64,000 bases of DNA from Macrostomum lignano (lineage: Eukaryota): the NCBI GenBank assembly GCA_002269645.1, contig NIVC01001978.1, forward strand, positions 152,708 through 216,707, written 5' to 3'. Below the pieces are notes generated by a model. That model did not search any database. It saw only the letters and a program-made list of their open reading frames with translations, and was not told the DNA's origin. The position numbers and the translations under genes are program-made. Positions 61,092-64,000 of this stretch are shown one piece after another; position 1 is the stretch's first letter; every line of letters begins with the position of its first letter.

Positions 61092-61999
61092 AAGCATTGA
61101 CATTTCAGTAATTCTCTCTAAGAGTCATTATAGCACTGCTACAGCATTATTGCGATTCCCTGCAAGCCTTAACATCGTAGGGATTCCCAAATGAATCTCT
61201 TAACTTCGACATGAAGCTTCTTTTATTTTTTACATAACGCTTTTTTATCAGCGATCCCTCCCCTGAGGAGGCATCAAATAATATAAATAAGTTTTCAATA
61301 AACTACATGTAGCTTCTGACTTTAGCCTTGAAATCTCATTTATACCCCGTGAGCCTTGACATCTCAGCTATTCCCCTCGTAAGCCTTGACATGTCAGCGA
61401 TGGCCCCATAAACCTTGAAATCTAAAAATCCCCTGTTAACCTTGAAACCCGATAAAATATAACCCTCAACCCACACCTGACCTAAACCTAACTTTAACCC
61501 ACCCTAAAGCCTTGAAATCTCAGCAATTCTTCTCCCCTAAGCCTTGACATTTTAGTGATTCCTTCTTTAAGAATCACAGCACTATAACGATTTCCACCTA
61601 GCTTTGACATCGTAGCAATTCCCAAATGAATCTTTTAACTTCGACATGACTTTTCTTTTATGTATACATAGTGCTACTTTTATTTTTTACATGACTCTTT
61701 TTCTATCAGCACCCCCCAGTGGCGAGCCAACAAAGAATGCAATAAAAAAATTGAGTAAAGTGCATGAACTTTGAAGTCGCTTCTGAACTTTGCTTTGACA
61801 TCTCAGAAGCCCCCCCCCGTAATCTCAGTTATTCTCTGAGAGCCTTTACGTCTCAGTTTTTCTTCCCAGCACAGCATTATAGCTGCATTTAATTTTTACA
61901 TGACACCCTTCATGTCTGACATGACGCTTCTTTTATTCTACCATGATGCTTCTTAATTTTTTAAATAACACTTTCCTTAGTTTTTAAATGAGGCTTCTA

Positions 62000-63410
62000 T
62001 GATTTTTTCATGACGCTTCTATGATTGTTTACATGACGCTTCTATGATTTTTTACATGACGCTTCTATGATTTCTATATGACGCTTCTATGATTGTTTAC
62101 ATGACGCTTCTATGATTGTTTCATGACGCCTCTATGATTTTTACATGAGGCTTCTATGATTTTTACATGACGCTTCTATGATTGTTTACATGACGCTTCT
62201 ATGATTTTTATATGACGCTTCTATGATTGTTTACATGACGCTTCTATGATTGTTTACATGACGCTTCTATGATTGTTTACATGACGCTTCTACCATTTTT
62301 TAAATGACGCTTCTATGATTGTTTACATGACGCTTTTATGATTGTTTACATGACGCTTTTATGATTGTTTACATGACGCTTCTATGATTTTTTACATGAC
62401 GCTTCTATGATTGTTTACATTACGCTTCTATGATTGTTTCATGACGCCTCTATGATTTTTACATGAGGCTTCTATGATTTTTACATGACGCTTCTATGAT
62501 TGTTTACATGACGCTTCTATGATTTTTTACATGACGCTTCTATGATTTTTATATGACGCTTCTATGATTTTTTCATGACGCTTCTATGATTTTTACATGA
62601 CGCTTCTATGATTGTTTACATGACGCTTCTATGATTGTTTACATGACGCTTCTATGATTGTTTACATGACGCTTCTATGATTGTTTACATGACGCTTTTA
62701 TGATTTTTACATGACGCTTCTATGATTGCTTCATGACGCTTCTATGATTTTTACATGACGCTTCTATGATTGTTTACATGACGCTTCTATGATTGTTTAC
62801 ATGACGCTTCTATGATTGTTTCGTGACGCTTCTATGATTGTTTACATTACGTTTCTATGATTGTTTACATGACGCTTCTATGATTTTTACATGACGCTTC
62901 TATGATTGTTTACATGACGCTTCTAGGATTTTTTACATGACGCTTCTATGATTGTTTACATGACGCTTCTATGATTGTTTACATGACGCTTCTATGATTG
63001 TTTACATGACGCTTTTATGATTTTTTAAAAATGACGCTTCTATGATTGTTTACATGACGCTTCTATGATTGTTTACATGACGCTTCTATGATTTTTAAAA
63101 AATGACGCTTCTATGATTTTTATATAACGCTACTACGATTTTTTACATGGCGCTTCTATGATTTTTTAAATGACGCTTCTATGATTGTTTACATGACGCT
63201 TCTATGATTGTTTACATGACGCTTCTATGATTTTTTAAAATGACGCTTCTATGATTTTTATAAAACGCTTCTATGATTGTTTACATGGCGCTTTTTTGAT
63301 TTTTTAAATGACGCTTCTATGATTGTTTACATGACGCTTCTATGATTGTTTACATGACGCTTTTTTGATTTTTTAAATGACGCTTCTATGATTTTTACAT
63401 GACGATTCTT
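62000..63410. repeat. 22-23-bp minisatellite (TTTACATGACGCTTCTATGATTG) in VPS53 intron 1
   Basis: Direct reading. Confidence 0.95.
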
Positions 63411-64000
63411 TTTAAAAAGTCTTTTAGTTTTCCTGACGTTGAAAAGCTTTAATTAAAAAATATACTCTATGAAAATTCGAACCATCGTCTCTGCATTTAG
63501 CAGTTCAGTTTGTTCACTCTAGGCTAGCTCTCATCGTTTTGATAACATCAATTTTTGCACTTATATAATTCAACACTTTAAATCCAAGCATAAAGTAAAT
63601 CACACGAAGCAGTTATGACATAATCAGTTTTCTCAGTCAGTCAGTATCAGTTAACATATGGTTACGCAATTTAAATCAAGTCTGGTGCTACGCTTCCACA
63701 CTGCATTTTCAATTCAAGCTGGAGTTACAATTCAGTTATGATGCAATCTATTTCAGAATCAGAATTCAACCAGTCAGTTTTTTCACTAACATTATTACAA
63801 TGCATTTCAAGTCGAAAAGTTTGCTTGACCTTTGCAAAAGCATGTTTTTCGAATATTTAATGCCTTTAGCATCGAGCAATTTCTTAGCCAAGATGCATGT
63901 ACGTCACGGGAAAATTTCTGATCGAACAGTGCAAGCTCGAAGAAAATCGGTCCAGCCATTTTTCTCTAATCGATTGCGTACAAACAAGCAAGATTTTCAT

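Overview
Repeat-rich eukaryotic (metazoan) genomic DNA. Intronic minisatellites, poly-Q proteins and the nAChR type suggest a lophotrochozoan such as a Macrostomum-like flatworm; this is inference only. Spliced genes reconstructed with consistent GT-AG phases: a 3-exon poly-Q C2H2 zinc-finger gene (4789-9505 +); a divergent nicotinic acetylcholine receptor alpha subunit (16854-22327 +, first exon not found); sepiapterin reductase (23964-25889 -); an NHL-repeat protein (52679-56635 +); and VPS53 exon 1 (60545-60796 +). The main candidate novelty is a cluster of three paralogous two-exon genes (33.6, 37.6 and 50.5 kb) encoding 96-100 aa secreted, highly basic peptides with an invariant PFKS..KK(L/M)DISWPVNRP core. 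With them are a decayed fourth copy, a possible distant relative at 29 kb, and a 23-bp minisatellite that has expanded inside their intron. Mobile DNA includes head-to-tail Helitron-like copies, a full-length LOA/R1-group LINE with a 13-bp TSD nested in a TA-flanked long-TIR element, an 8-bp-TSD MITE inside a Gypsy integrase relic, a foldback-like element, and RTE, Merlin and OTU relics. Most long ORFs in the supplied track are repeat artefacts.
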